A stretch of 64,000 nt of DNA from Octopus sinensis (GCF_006345805.1 NC_043010.1:23064001-23128000), one strand, 5' to 3'. Counted from the stretch's first letter, positions 30,180 through 43,745 are shown. A program made the numbers and translations. Notes: generated by a model not told the origin, from the sequence alone.

Positions 30180-30573
30180 TTTATTCTCTTCCTTGCTTCA
30201 ATCATTTGACTGCGGCCATGCTGGAGCGCCGCTTATAGTCGAAACAAACCGATCCCAGGACTTATTCTTTGTAAGCCTAGTACTTATCCTATTAGTTTTT
30301 GTTGCCGAGCCGCTAAGTTACGGGTTGTAAGCAAGCCAAAACATTTGGGGAGACAAACACACACACACACACATACACACACACACACTCACACACACAC
30401 ACAACACATATGCGACGGACTTCTTTTCAGTTTCCCTCTACCAAATCCACTCACAAGGCTTTGGTCGTCCACAGGCTATAGTTCAAAACACTTGCCCAAG
30501 GTGTAACACAGTGGGACTGAACTCGGAACCATGTGGTTGGTAAGCAAGCTTCTTAACACGCAGCCACACCAGC
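30180..30573 (-). mobile_element. Composite SINE family A
   Basis: Head 30573-30412, (TG)n spacer, tail 30345-30180. Confidence 0.85.
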
Positions 30574-30574
30574 G

Positions 30575-31180
30575 ACTTTATCCTTTCTATCCGCACCCCA
30601 CCGCACGCAGCCCACTCCCACATACCCTACACCTTCACCTCACTCCCAAACCTCCACACCTCACACTTCAAACTACACCCCATCCTCACATCTTCACGTC
30701 ACCGCCACACCCAATATACCCACACTCCCATACCACATTGCACCACCCCCACACCATTTCACACACACTAGCACTGACCACGTCCAAGCACCCACACCAC
30801 ACACTATCATCCGCACACCCGCACACCATCATCCACACGCCCACATATTACACACGCACACTTACACACGCACACATCCGCACGTCAAAGCCACTAGTCT
30901 CTTTCCACATTCTCACAAACGCTTATACATTTCTCACATAAGCGCACGCACACCTTCGTTTTGGGATCGCCAATACTTTTTTATCTCCCCTTCTTTCCAC
31001 CACTTCTGTCAAACCTTTTTTCCCAACCATCGCCATGTCTGATCGCTAAATCCACAAGTTTCTTTAATTCTCTTTCTGCTTATTTTCTTTTATTCCCTTC
31101 TGTTGAAGAGCGTAGGCTCGAAAGGTAAAAACTTTCTCTCCTTCCCGAGCGTCAAACTAATACACCTGTTTGTTGTTTAT
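30575..31180 (+). mobile_element. PLE 3' tail (CA-rich) ending in a CUGUUGA hammerhead
   Basis: Homologous to the reverse complement of 1300-1900; HHR motif at ~31095-31131. Confidence 0.65.
31095..31131 (+). ncRNA. Degenerate CUGUUGA hammerhead
   Basis: CUGUUGA-A-GAGC(GUAG)GCUC-GAAA-GG-UA-AAAAC; stem I and the palindrome are eroded. Confidence 0.5.
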
Positions 31181-31419
31181 ATAATATATATTCTTTTATT
31201 CCTTTATTTGTTTCAGCCATTTAACTGTGAACATGCTGGAGCACCGTATTGAAAAAACGATTGGCCCTGTTTGTTAAAAGAAAATGGACCTGAATTTACA
31301 CCCAGAAAGTAAATTTCGCTACCGAGCCACCATAAATAAATATATATATACATATACATATACATATATACATACATATATATACATATATATATACATA
31401 TATACATATATATAAATGT

Positions 31420-31597
31420 TCATATATTCGCTCTCCTATGCTCCGTGCCGTTTCTCCTACGTATGTCGTTTTCTTGTCCCTTTATACATCTTATACTATA
31501 GACTATATTTCTGGCTTTACAGTTTGTTTGTGGGCTAAATCTACACACAGCACAGTACCTATCCGTACAGGGGGCTCTACTAAAAGAGTAGGTTCTG
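31420..31597 (-). mobile_element. Inverted copy of the start of the PLE endonuclease fragment at 35812
   Basis: Reverse complement of ~35812-35990. Confidence 0.85.
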
Positions 31598-31607
31598 TAT
31601 GTATATG

Positions 31608-31648
<41 letters not shown>

Positions 31649-32030
31649 GTGAATTGAAGAAATGGAGCTGAACGAAGATTGAACAGAAATCGTTTTATTT
31701 CATTCTACACATGGTCTCATTATTCAATCGGATTTTGGTAAATTGTGCCTTTCGAAACACGTGTAGAATGAAATAAAACGATTTCTGTTCAATCTTCGTT
31801 CAGCTCCATTTCTTCAATTCACCAATAATATTAAAATTCAATTATCCGCACCAACGCACGGTTGCAACACCATATGGTTGTACCTCCAACCGTGCTGTCT
31901 TCTGCTGTGATTTTTGCTACCAAGGTATCGGTTAAACTTTTGATTAATCTGCTACAAGATTATTCATCTTTCTATTTCACATAATACATACCGCTTCGTC
32001 AAGAAACTGCTACTTTAACCGATACCAATA

Positions 32031-34709
32031 ATGGAGTTGTTCGAGATTGATGCGTCCCTTAAGGATATTCCTATACCACCGAAGGACGCCTTCCTTAAGG
32101 AGTTGGTTTGTAAAACCAACGCATTCATAAACCGGATAAGATGGCTCGTTTTCTTCCACGAGAACGAAGATCTAAAATCGAACCGGACAACAGCATCGTC
32201 CGAATACGGCCGGCTTTTTAAGACATTGGATACACCGCCACCTAACCCAAGACTGAAGAAGTTTGAGGACGATTTGTGGGACATAGTTAGAAAGATTAAG
32301 TTCAGGAAGTCACCCAGGAGAAATGCCCACCTCAGATACCTAGATAAAATTACCAAGGACATTAATAGAACGGACGGAGTCCTGGTCCAGTCCGACAAGA
32401 CCAGGAACACATACAAGCTACCCATTAAGCAGTACCTAGATTTACTCGGTAAAGAGATCAAGAAAAATTATAAAAAAACCAATTGGAGTATCCTGAGGAA
32501 GGTAAACTTGGAAATTAAGGAAATAATATTTAAACACGGAATTCAAATGAGAACGCAGCCGCTTAGCCCTAAGCAACCCAGATTTATAGTGAAGGACCAT
32601 AAACCGAACTTCCACACCAACCAGCGCTAAGACTCATATGCCCTGCTAGCTCTGATATCGGGATAATCAGTAAGTACATTTTAGATAAATATATCCTAGT
32701 TAGTAAACAAGCTGAAGCTCAGCCTCTGGGCCAACTCCTCGCAGGTAGTGAAAGGGTTCTCTTCCATCCCCAATAAGAACCGTACTAGGTTCATTCAGTT
32801 TGATATCGCCAGCTTCTACCCCTCGATTAACCCTAGTGTGCTAAATAAGGCCCTTTGGCATGCTCACAACAAGGCTGGCCTCACCAGAGAAGAGATAGAT
32901 ATCATTTAGTTGCCAGGAAATCGTTTATTAAGTTTGATAATAAGTTGTGGATCCGTAAAGATACTCCCAATGAATTTGATGTGCCTATGGGTAGTTCGGA
33001 TAGTGCGCAGATAGCCGATTGGTCGGAATATATATTCTCTACGAATTGTCCGACCAATTCCCGGAGATCGCGGGCGGCCTGTATCGTGACGATTGTCTGT
33101 TTTACCTGCAAAACACCACGAACAGAATAGTGCAGAAAACTAAGAGCAGGTTAGCTAGGTTTTTTAAAGAATGGGCATGAATATAGTTTTTGATAATGAA
33201 CTCACCAAGGCTAATTTCCTAGACGTTACACTTAACTTAATAGCGACTCATACTGCCCTTACCATAAGCCTTCCACTAATTTGAAGTATGTCAGTGTCTT
33301 CTCAAATCATGCCAAAACCGTAACAGACAATTTGGTTAAAAACATCTCTCTAAGATTGTCTGGCTTGTCCGCCAGTGCCGATATTTTTATGCAGAAAGCG
33401 GAATTTTATAACGCCGCACTATCCAAGGCCGGTTATAGGCAGAAGGTAATTTATATGATCCGGCCCTTCCGATGCCATCATCGGTCATCAGGATAGGGCC
33501 GTCTATAATAACATAAACAATTTAAGTAGGGACGGGAGCGCGGCGGGTGCTGGGGCAGTCGCTCCCGCATTTAATTTAGCGAACAAGGATAATTATCGGT
33601 CCGGGAGATCTCACACTAACCCAAAACCCGTTATTCATCCGAGAATCACCCACCCGAATGCGAGAGCTGGCGTCCCGACCCATCACACAGATAGGAATAA
33701 GCATATATGGTTTGTAATTCCCTTTGGTAAGCAGATTAGAACTAACCTCCCCCTCATGTTTAGACAAGCCATCGCCAATAACTTCCCCAGAAATTCCAAA
33801 TATTACTCCACGGTTAACTCGCATAAAGTTAGGATAGCTTTCTCCAACACTAAAAACCTCGCCCAGATAATCGCCTCCCATAATAATAGGCTGCTTACTA
33901 AGACCCTATCACCTTTTCCGGAGGCACAGCCTCTTCCGCTCCCGGTTTAATGCTCAGTAGGAATAATTATAGTAGTAATAATGATATGAGAGCCAGTACA
34001 GTGACTCATAATCTCAGCTCCAGCCAGGGATTACACACTAGGGGTATAGTTATAAATAGGGGGTGTGTTGTAGTTGACGGTAACAATGGGAGTAGGGTAG
34101 AGAGTCCCAATAGCACCCCAGCATCATTTCCTGCAATAGCAGCATCACGGGCACTAGCAATGACAGCACTCTGATAGATAGTGGAGAATCAGGGGTTATT
34201 CCGTTAGTTAATAGAGACGTAGTGGAAAATAAAGTAGTAAGCGGCTGCAGTTCTCGTAACAAATATAATGACAGTAACGCAGTTCTAATTTCAGAAACTA
34301 ATCCTAGCAGAATAAGATTCACGTCGGCGAACTCCAAGATCAAAAACGCCGTCTACCAATGCAAGGTTTACACGGACTCAGATGTCTACGCTTATGTAGG
34401 GGCTTCATCGTCAAGATTGGCTTTGCGAATCTCCAATCATTACGCAACTTTTCGAGACATGAATAAACGCCAGACCACGGGACTCAGCAAGCTAATATGG
34501 CGATTGAAGGATACGAACTCAAGCTACAGGCTGGAATGGTCAATTTGTCGGTGGCCCTCCCATTTGATAGGGGCAGAAGGAAGTGCAACCTTGGTGTCTC
34601 CGAACTCTTCCATATATTGTTCGCCAGAGACCGGATGGTAAACGGACTTTTACAGTCGGCTTTTCGATGCCCCCATTGGCGGCGTTACACTTATCTGGCT
34701 TATAAATAA
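32031..34709 (+). pseudogene. PLE reverse transcriptase-GIY-YIG endonuclease ORF (frameshifted; Naiad-like motifs inferred)
   Basis: VKDHKPNF, RLICPA, QFDIASFYPSI, FDVPMGSSDSAQIAD, LYRDDCL, NFLDVTLNL, AVYQCKV...YVG...R..NHYATF, GLSKLIWRLK, CNL..SE, RCPH. Confidence 0.9.
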
Positions 34710-35320
34710 CGCTTATAAATAATACCTGCACCCATAGCCTTGGTAATAAATTCTGAAATAGCCTTTAAGATAATTACGATTAACCACTGCAAGGGGAATT
34801 ACTCCTGTAAGATAACGGGGCTTTGTTTTTGACGACGGGGGGTTTCTTTGACAAGGCATGATTAGACGAACACACGCCACACATAAAACATAAAATATTT
34901 TCTGCCACCCAACGGTTTTTACTGCAGTAGCCATTGGGTAGAGCTGCTTAACAACTGACAGCCGAGCGATCAAACGCACACACGTACACAAAAAATGTTT
35001 TCTACCCCTTGACGGAGTTCTTGCCAACCTGCGCCAGCACACATATATAGAACAGTAAACAAACACATGTCTCTAGGTAGATTTTTCTCGCCCCTTATAA
35101 TACATCCAATATTCCTTAAATAGTCAGAACTTTATTCTCGGTCACAAAGAACATCTAACACCCTCACCCACAGGAATGACCGCTGCCTGACCGTTAAAAT
35201 CTTCAACCGCCGGTTCTCAACATACACTGATAAACAGTTTTGCCATGGGCTCTTAGGAGCCTAGTTCGATTTGTTTTGCTCCGCCTCTGTTCTGTTTTTT
35301 TTTTTTTCCAACGGATTTCC

Positions 35321-35413
35321 TATTTCTTCCTGAAGAGAAAGACACAATATGGTCTCATTATTCAATCGGATTTTGGTAAATTGTGCCTTCGAAACACGTG
35401 GTAGAATGAAATA
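35321..35413 (+). ncRNA. Canonical-core type I hammerhead with extended stem II at the start of the 3' pLTR
   Basis: UAUUUCUUC-CUGAAGA-GAAAGACACAAU(~31 nt)AUUGUGCCUU(U)C-GAAA-CACGUG-UA-GAAUGAAAUA; the 5' pLTR copy supplies the indel-free 3' half. Confidence 0.85.
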
Positions 35414-35633
35414 AAACGATTTCTGTTCAATCTTCGTTCAGCTCCATTTCTTCAATTCACCAATAATATTAAAATTCATTATCCGCACCAACGCACGGTT
35501 GCAACACATATGGTTGTACCTCCAACCGTGCTGTCTTCTGCTGTGATTTTTGCTTACCAAAGGTATCGTTAAACTTGATTAATCTGCTACAATAGATTGT
35601 TCATCTATCTATTTATATATAATATATATATTA

Positions 35634-35728
<95 letters not shown>

Positions 35729-35811
35729 TATATATATATTAGATATATATATATAATGATATATATATACATATAATATCATCATATATATTACATATCA
35801 TATAGAAACTA

Positions 35812-36235
35812 CTCTTTTAGTAAACCCCCTGTACGGATAGGAACTGTGCTGTGTGTAGATTTAGCCCCAACAAACTATAAACGTAAACTGGCCACAAACA
35901 AGCCAGAAATATAGTCTATAGTATAAGATGTATAGAGGGACAAGACGACATACGTAAGAGAAACGGCACGGAGCATAGGAGAGCGAATAAATGACCATTG
36001 GAGAGAACTTAGGGAAGGAAAGAGCTCATCGATTCTGTACCAGCACGCCGAGCAGGAACATGGAGGCTCAATCAACAACATAGAAGTTAAAATCTTGTCC
36101 ACACATAGAAAAGACGCAACAATCAAAAAAATTACGGAAACTACACACATAATAGAAGATAAACCTAGCCTGAATAGGAAACTGGAATGGAACACTAGTA
36201 CACACCACAACATATGACAGAAGAAGATCCCCATA
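35812..36235 (+). pseudogene. GIY-YIG endonuclease fragment of a second PLE family
   Basis: With frameshifts reads IVYSIRC...YVRETARSIGERINDHWRELREGKSSSILYQHAEQEHGG...ETTHIIEDKPSLNRK. Confidence 0.75.
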
Positions 36236-36333
36236 AACTGGTTACAATATAAACAAAACTGAAAACATAATAAAATAAAATACACAGATAAATAAACAAA
36301 TGAAAGTAAATAAATATATATATTATTTTATTA

Positions 36334-36368
<35 letters not shown>

Positions 36369-36920
36369 GAGTGAGAGAGCAGTGCATGCCATCAAAGTGA
36401 CACTGGGGTAATATACGAAGCCCAATATACCCATCATGACTACCCGTCTGATAAAGGTACACACCAGGCACATGCATCACAACCATATGTGCGCGACATG
36501 GTGATCTCATATCAAGATAAACAGCACATGACCTTGCAGGTGGGGCCCAGTTAGAATTTTCTTCAGATTGAGTAGCCCATCCCGCTCAAACGGTCCCTGA
36601 ATAAGGGTTGTTTAGGATGTTGAAAGAACCACCCATGTTTCCAGAGGTGAACTATTCAAACCCCAAAGAATCCCTTCAACACATGGCTATGATGCTCCCC
36701 CACTACTTCTGCTCGTGATCAGAGATGCACATATTGTCAGCCACTAAGGGACATGCTCAACTGGTTAAGGTCAAACAACTGACAAGCAAATCTGTGGTAT
36801 TGAGCAGAATATTTGCTGTAGCCCATCTTTTATACCAAGACAAAACAATGTACATGATAACACTTCCAATCAGTTAAGATCAGAAGCCATGAGAGCCACT
36901 GCCTGGTACTGCATCAGGGC

Positions 36921-36922
<2 letters not shown>
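36369..36922 (-). mobile_element. (TAA)n-embedded ~550-bp non-autonomous element, apparently full length
   Basis: Three copies in the window, each bounded by (TTA)n; orientation inferred from the truncated copy. Confidence 0.9.
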
Positions 36923-37005
<83 letters not shown>

Positions 37006-37512
37006 TTATTATTATACGTAATAATAATAATAATAATAATGATAATAATAAGAAGAAGAAGAGGAAGAAGAAGAAGTAGGTGTAAACACATGAACAAATA
37101 ACTTACACAAACGAATATAAACAGGAGATAGAAGTATTACAGATACTCCCCCCACACACACACTAACTAAACATAGACATACATAGAGGTATACGCATTC
37201 ACAAATGAAGACACATACAATAGAAATACAAAATACCAAATGGCTGACCGTTAGTAAGGAGAGACACACAAATAAGAAAGAAGAAAGCAAAGGACCACTG
37301 ATGCGGTCACAAGAGTGTGACGAAAGAACTCTGGCCAAAATAAGATTAATTTTAATGTAAAAAATAAATAACACTGAAGCAAAGTAACACCAAATATATA
37401 GTGCCTGTGTTTTTATTGGCTAAACTGGCAAAATGACCAATCCGAAATACAATAATATCTGTTTCAACACACGATTTCACATAAAAATATTGCAAAGCAA
37501 ATATATGAACGT

Positions 37513-37570
<58 letters not shown>

Positions 37571-37599
37571 GTATGTGTGTGTATAGACACGCACGCACG

Positions 37600-37662
<63 letters not shown>

Positions 37663-37709
37663 GAAATAGCTCTGGTGACAAGATGTGTGCCTGTATGTGT
37701 GTGTGTATA

Positions 37710-37740
<31 letters not shown>

Positions 37741-38592
37741 AAACAAATATATATACACATGTGTATGTGTGTATGTGTGTGTGTCTTGGTGTGTGTGGTA
37801 AAATTTGTACGCGTGCGTGTCGTTGTGGAGGTAGGGAGGAAGAGCGGGAAGGGCCATTCATGAAATGCGTAAAAATCAATGAATGAGAAGACAAAAGAGA
37901 TCTTGGTATGCGGCGGATTTATTGGCGACGGTGTCGGTGGTGGTGGTGGTGGTGGTGGTGTCGGGGGAGCTGGTGGTGGTGGTGGTGATGGTGTATAGAG
38001 TTATGATGTTGGCATGGTGGGGTGGTGGAGAAAGCTAGAGAGAGAAGAAATGAAAAATAAAATAATGAAATGTGTTATTTTGCAATGAAATGTTGAGAGG
38101 AAGATTAAATGAGATAGATATGGGGTATAAAAAATAAAAGGAGTTAGTTCTTGGCTTGATTTTTGCTTTTTTCTCCTTCCATTATTGTTATTATTATTGT
38201 TATTATTATTGTTGTTGTTGTTGTTGTTGTTATTTGTCTAAGAGAGTTTTAGAAACTGAAAGCATGATAGGAGGGGGATGTTTTGTGCATGAGTGGTGGC
38301 GGGAAAAGTATGACGACGACAATCACCATAACGATGATGAAGATGATGATGATGGTGTTGGTGATGGTGATGATGAAATATTGCTAAATAATAAAACGAA
38401 CAACAACAACAACAACGTCGTAACAAGTAACAACAATCATACTCCTAACAGCAGTCGTATTAATTAAAACGTAAAAGCAACAAAAACAACAAAATCAACA
38501 ACGAAATAACAAACAAAAACCAATAACAACAAAAATGATGGTCAACAACAACTGCTACAACAAATAACCTCACCGTTAACAACAACAAAGAC

Positions 38593-38666
<74 letters not shown>

Positions 38667-39205
38667 CAATAATAATGATAATAATAATAAGAATAATAAT
38701 GATAACAATAACAATAACAATAACAATGACAATAATAATAATAAATATGGCGATAAGAAGATAAAGCAAAAGATGGCGTTGGCGATTACGATCATCATAA
38801 TGGTGGTGGGGAATATATGATATATATTATATATAATATATCATATGATATACATTATATATATATATGTAGACACACACACGCATATTGATGTGTATAC
38901 ACTTAAGTAAATGTGCTTATATATTCATGTATCTTATGTGTTTGTGCCTTTGGGTGTGTGTGTGTGTGAACACGCGCATATAAAGAAAAAGATATGAAAC
39001 ACACGGCTACTGTGTGGGGGTATAGCGAAAGTGAAAGTACAAATTGGTGATCAAGGGGAAGGTATAGAAATATATAAGAAAAGCGAGGAGAGGTGGGTGT
39101 GTTATGAAAAGAGAGAAGAAACACCATGGAAATATAGAACAGCAACAAACGAACACACGCACACTCGTACATACATACCCACAGATGTATGTATGTATAA
39201 ACGCA

Positions 39206-39238
<33 letters not shown>

Positions 39239-39312
39239 TCGTAACTTCTTTTCTGTAACATAAAGATATGTATATATATATATATATATATATACATATC
39301 TTATATATATAT

Positions 39313-39346
<34 letters not shown>

Positions 39347-39559
39347 CATATCTTTATGTTACAGAAAAGAAGTTACGAATTTTTGATGTTGTTCTTTGTT
39401 TCTCGTGGAAGAGGGAAGCCATTCCTTCTTTATTGGTGTCACCTTATTTGGAGAGATGAATCATAAAAGATACGCAAACATTTTTCTTAACTTGAGAACA
39501 ATCATATTTTGTGCGATTTCACTTTATTCTTTATTGTTATCGTTTCTTTATTTTCTATG

Positions 39560-39593
<34 letters not shown>

Positions 39594-39713
39594 TGTATGC
39601 ATGTATGTATGTATGTAAGTATGTATGCACGTATGTATGCATGCAGTATGTATGTATTATGCATGTATGTATATATGTATTATCTATTTATATATGTATG
39701 TATGTATCTATCT

Positions 39714-39826
<113 letters not shown>

Positions 39827-39850
39827 CAGTGTACGTTTAAACACATAAGA

Positions 39851-40078
39851 AGTATTCATATAAGCAATATACATTTAAACACATAAGAGATATCCGTCAT
39901 AGGATTCCTTGCACGCTACAAGGAACAGCTAAAATACAAACCACTCTTAGAGATAAACTTCGAAGGGAATGAATAATGAAATATGTGGTTACGATTTTAG
40001 CTGTTCCTTCTAGCGTGCAAGGAATCCTATGACGGATATCTCTTATGTGTTTAAATGTATATTGCTTATATGAATACT
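39851..40078. repeat. Inverted repeat, ~85-bp arms with ~58-bp spacer
   Basis: 39851-39935 is the reverse complement of 39994-40078, with one mismatch seen. Confidence 0.9.
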
Positions 40079-40167
40079 ATTGACAAATGATTTTACATGC
40101 TAGGTTAATGGTAATGAAAATTTCTAAGAATTTTTTTGTTACCTTGATATTCACGGAAGGTGTGAAC

Positions 40168-40198
<31 letters not shown>

Positions 40199-40484
40199 TC
40201 TATATGTTTATATGTATGTTACGTATATAAAAATTCATAAATCTAGACGATGGAATTAAGAGGTTTTAATCAGAAATCACAACAATTGTTTCTCGCTTGT
40301 AAAAGGAGCAATCCTGTTGTATCGTAGCATGTGGTAGCCGATAACCGTATAGGAGCTTTGAAATGCACGTTAAGAGATTATTACCCACATCATATTAAAT
40401 AATAAAATATATTACGAATATAATATATTCGTGTATGTATGCATGATTGTATGTATATATATATATATATATCACGGGATCACG

Positions 40485-40770
40485 GGACCGACCAGACTAT
40501 CAGATGTTGTTACACATCGCTGGTCACAATGCGTTCGCATTGTTTTTTTAGACTTCAAATGACGCCACCCCGCTGGCTAAGCGAGCAGGCCAACAGAAGA
40601 AAGAGTGGGAGAAAAAGTGGTGAAAGAGTACAGCAGGGATCACCACCCCCTGCCGGAGCCTCGTGGAGCTTTTAGGTGTTTTCGCTCAATAAACACTCAC
40701 AACGCCCGAAACCGCGATCCTGCGACCGCGAGTCCGCTGCCCTCACCACTAGGCCATTGCGCCTCCACCA
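40485..40770 (-). mobile_element. tRNA-derived SINE family C
   Basis: Head ggaggcgcaatggcctagtggtgagggcagcggactcgcggtc; body shared with 58190-58540. Confidence 0.8.
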
Positions 40771-40795
40771 CACACACATATATATATATATATAT

Positions 40796-40835
<40 letters not shown>

Positions 40836-40910
40836 TATATATATATGTATATATATATAATGTATATATATATATGTATATATATATATGTATATATGTA
40901 TATATATATG

Positions 40911-41001
<91 letters not shown>

Positions 41002-41025
41002 TATATATATGTATATATATGTATA

Positions 41026-41056
<31 letters not shown>

Positions 41057-42569
41057 CTGTGTGTGTGTGTGTGTATACACACACATATATACACGTACAC
41101 ATACATATATATAGTGTGCCTATTCGCTGTGTCGTCCCGTTATTTTTTCTTATTTTTATTCTTTTATTGTTTATCTTTCTCTTCTTTCATATGAATAACC
41201 GATTTTCGTAACATATAAATATTCCATATCATAAGATTCACAATACCACATTTACGTATCACTGCCATACAATAATCATAGGAAGTCATTTATAAAAACT
41301 AAAACACCACAAATATCGTTGCATTTCTTCTTTTCTGGAATTTTAATAGAAAGAACACCCGAGGGTACAGAAAAATATGGTTGATGAAGAACACGTTAAA
41401 ACCCTCCCATATTTTACTTGGTCATTGGTGTAGCATTATTGAAGTTAGAAGATAATGATGTATTCGTCAAGGTAACGTGATACCATTATTTTTTTTTATT
41501 TACCTGCATAATTAGAACCGGAGCATACAGTACGTTTTCTGATGAAATGTTTGTCAAGAGCAGTGAATCTGGAAAGATTTTTAAATCCATTCTGTACTGT
41601 AAAGCCCAAATTTCACAACCTGCTACTTCCTTAGATCTATGCTTAAAGCAATGGTTCTCAAGCAATTTCTGTCTATTTTATTTCAATGGATTCTCATAGC
41701 CGTTCGATGTTTAAAATGGTCCTTTTATGTTTTGATAAGTAAATATTATTAAGTATTGTATGGAAAATTGATAAAAATACTTTGTGAATTTTAAATGTGC
41801 AGCCAGATTATTGGACATCAATTTTAAGGACATAATCTTATGTGGACCCCAAAGGTCGTATGGTCCAAGTTTGAGAGTCATTAGTTTAGAGTGTTGTATG
41901 TAAATGAAAATCTACTGAAGAATTTTGTAACTTACAAAACATTACCATCTCTGCATTTTGGGCTTTCAAAATTTTACTTAATATGTGTTGCCTTCTTTTT
42001 GGTCCTTTCTTTTCCCTATTAATCTAAAAACATCTACCAATTTTCCCATCATAATGAAGTTTAGATGCAATAAGTTAACCATATTCTGATATTAACCAAA
42101 ATTATTTCAGTTTCTCTATTGATTATTTTTGCAGATAAAGTTTCTTAATTTTCAATGGTGCAGCAAATTTAATTCGAATAGATTAAAACCACAAAGTTCC
42201 AAACCAACAAGAGGAAGCATTGGTAAGTTACCAATGGTTTCCTTAACTTGCAATGGTGTGTTGCACTCCGAACGTAAATAGATAATGAGAAAAGGATTGA
42301 ATTCCCCGACCTCATTTAGTCGAGATGCATTACACGAACATACAATCTTCAACAGTGAATATAACTGACGATGTGCTAAAGAATTTGGATATTTAAGTGT
42401 CACAGGGTTTGAAACGAATTCCATTATGATTTTACATGTTTTATTAGAATAATTTAAGAGTGGTCGTTTGGCATCACCAATACATACAAGAACAAACGAA
42501 AAAAACTCTCACTCACAAACATTGTTCACAAATTTTATGAAGAGATTTATTAAAATGATTTGTTTGAAT

Positions 42570-42885
42570 TAACATTATTTACATTTGACGGATATTTGTC
42601 CTCATCTTGCTTGTTGTTAACACATTTCGGTTGATATATCCTCCAGTCTTTATCAGGTGTCTTGGGAAAATTTCGAACCTGGGTTCTTATTCCTAAGGCA
42701 TTTTTCGATGTTATTATTATTATTATTGTTTTTGTTGTTGTTCATGTCACTGCTTGGAATCGACCTCGGAATCTTAGGGTTAGCAGCCCGCGCTCTTAAC
42801 CACTACGCTATATGCCCGTGGGCATATGAAATAATGTAAATAATGTAAATAATGTACATAATTCCTCATCTCTTAAATATAGAAC
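42570..42885 (-). mobile_element. tRNA-headed SINE with hammerhead-containing tail (family D)
   Basis: A box TAGCGTAGTGG and B box GGTCGATTCC in head 42817-42746; (AAT/AAC)n; HHR remnant 42661-42619; tail shared with 54836-55170. Confidence 0.85.
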
Positions 42886-43522
42886 AGATAGGTCTCCTTT
42901 CAACCATTGCTCTATTCGTCATCGTTCAGGTAGCAATTGTTCATCCGTGGGTTCGTGATTGTGGGATAAAGACGGAGTAAGCAGTGAGGTAGAGACAGTG
43001 CGGACAAACATTTGTTTTCCAACAAGTACTTACCTCTCTTTACATTGTGAATTTGAATCGTGCCGTGGTCAGTTTTGATATACATGTCTTAAGGAGTCCG
43101 GGGAGGGCATCGTTAAACACCACCAGTTATTTTCTGTTTCTGGATTAATGTTGGACAACCGCGCTCTCACAAATCTCTCACATTATCTTTATAACAGAAA
43201 GCATTATAATAAAATAATTGTTGTTATCGAAGAATTATAACAATTCCTAGCATAAAGAAATTCTTGGTGCTGCATTTTGAAAAGACATTCCAGCGTCCTC
43301 ACAGTTCTCAGCATCCTTCTCTACACACACCATCAGATAAGATTAATGCGATTATAAAATATAACACTTTTATCAACCCAAATCATATTAATTAGAAGTT
43401 TCTGGATTATTCTTTAGAATAAGATAGACATGCGCTTACAAATAAATGTACATATATATACTTACACCTGTACACACACGTGAAGATGTATATATACATA
43501 CATGCATACATACATACATACA

Positions 43523-43556
<34 letters not shown>

Positions 43557-43710
43557 CATACATATATATGTACGTATGTACATACAAACATACATACGTA
43601 CATGCATACATACATACAAACAAACACACATAGGTTGGATTAAAGTTAGAAGTGAAACTGTCGGCCCTCGAATCACTTTTGATAATTTCTGCTGAACAGA
43701 AATAGTAAAA

Positions 43711-43745
<35 letters not shown>

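Larger units (their letters stand above)
31642..35610 (+). mobile_element. Near-complete Penelope-like element with direct pseudo-LTRs and an inverted 5' tail
   Basis: pLTRs 31711-31985 and 35349-35610; inverted arm 31642-31710 pairs with 31761-31829; RT plus GIY-YIG ORF lies between. Confidence 0.95.

Noticed and set aside
42746-42817. Functional tRNA-Ser(GCT) gene
   Set aside because: T-arm and acceptor stem do not close, and the sequence is embedded in a repeated SINE; treated as a SINE head.
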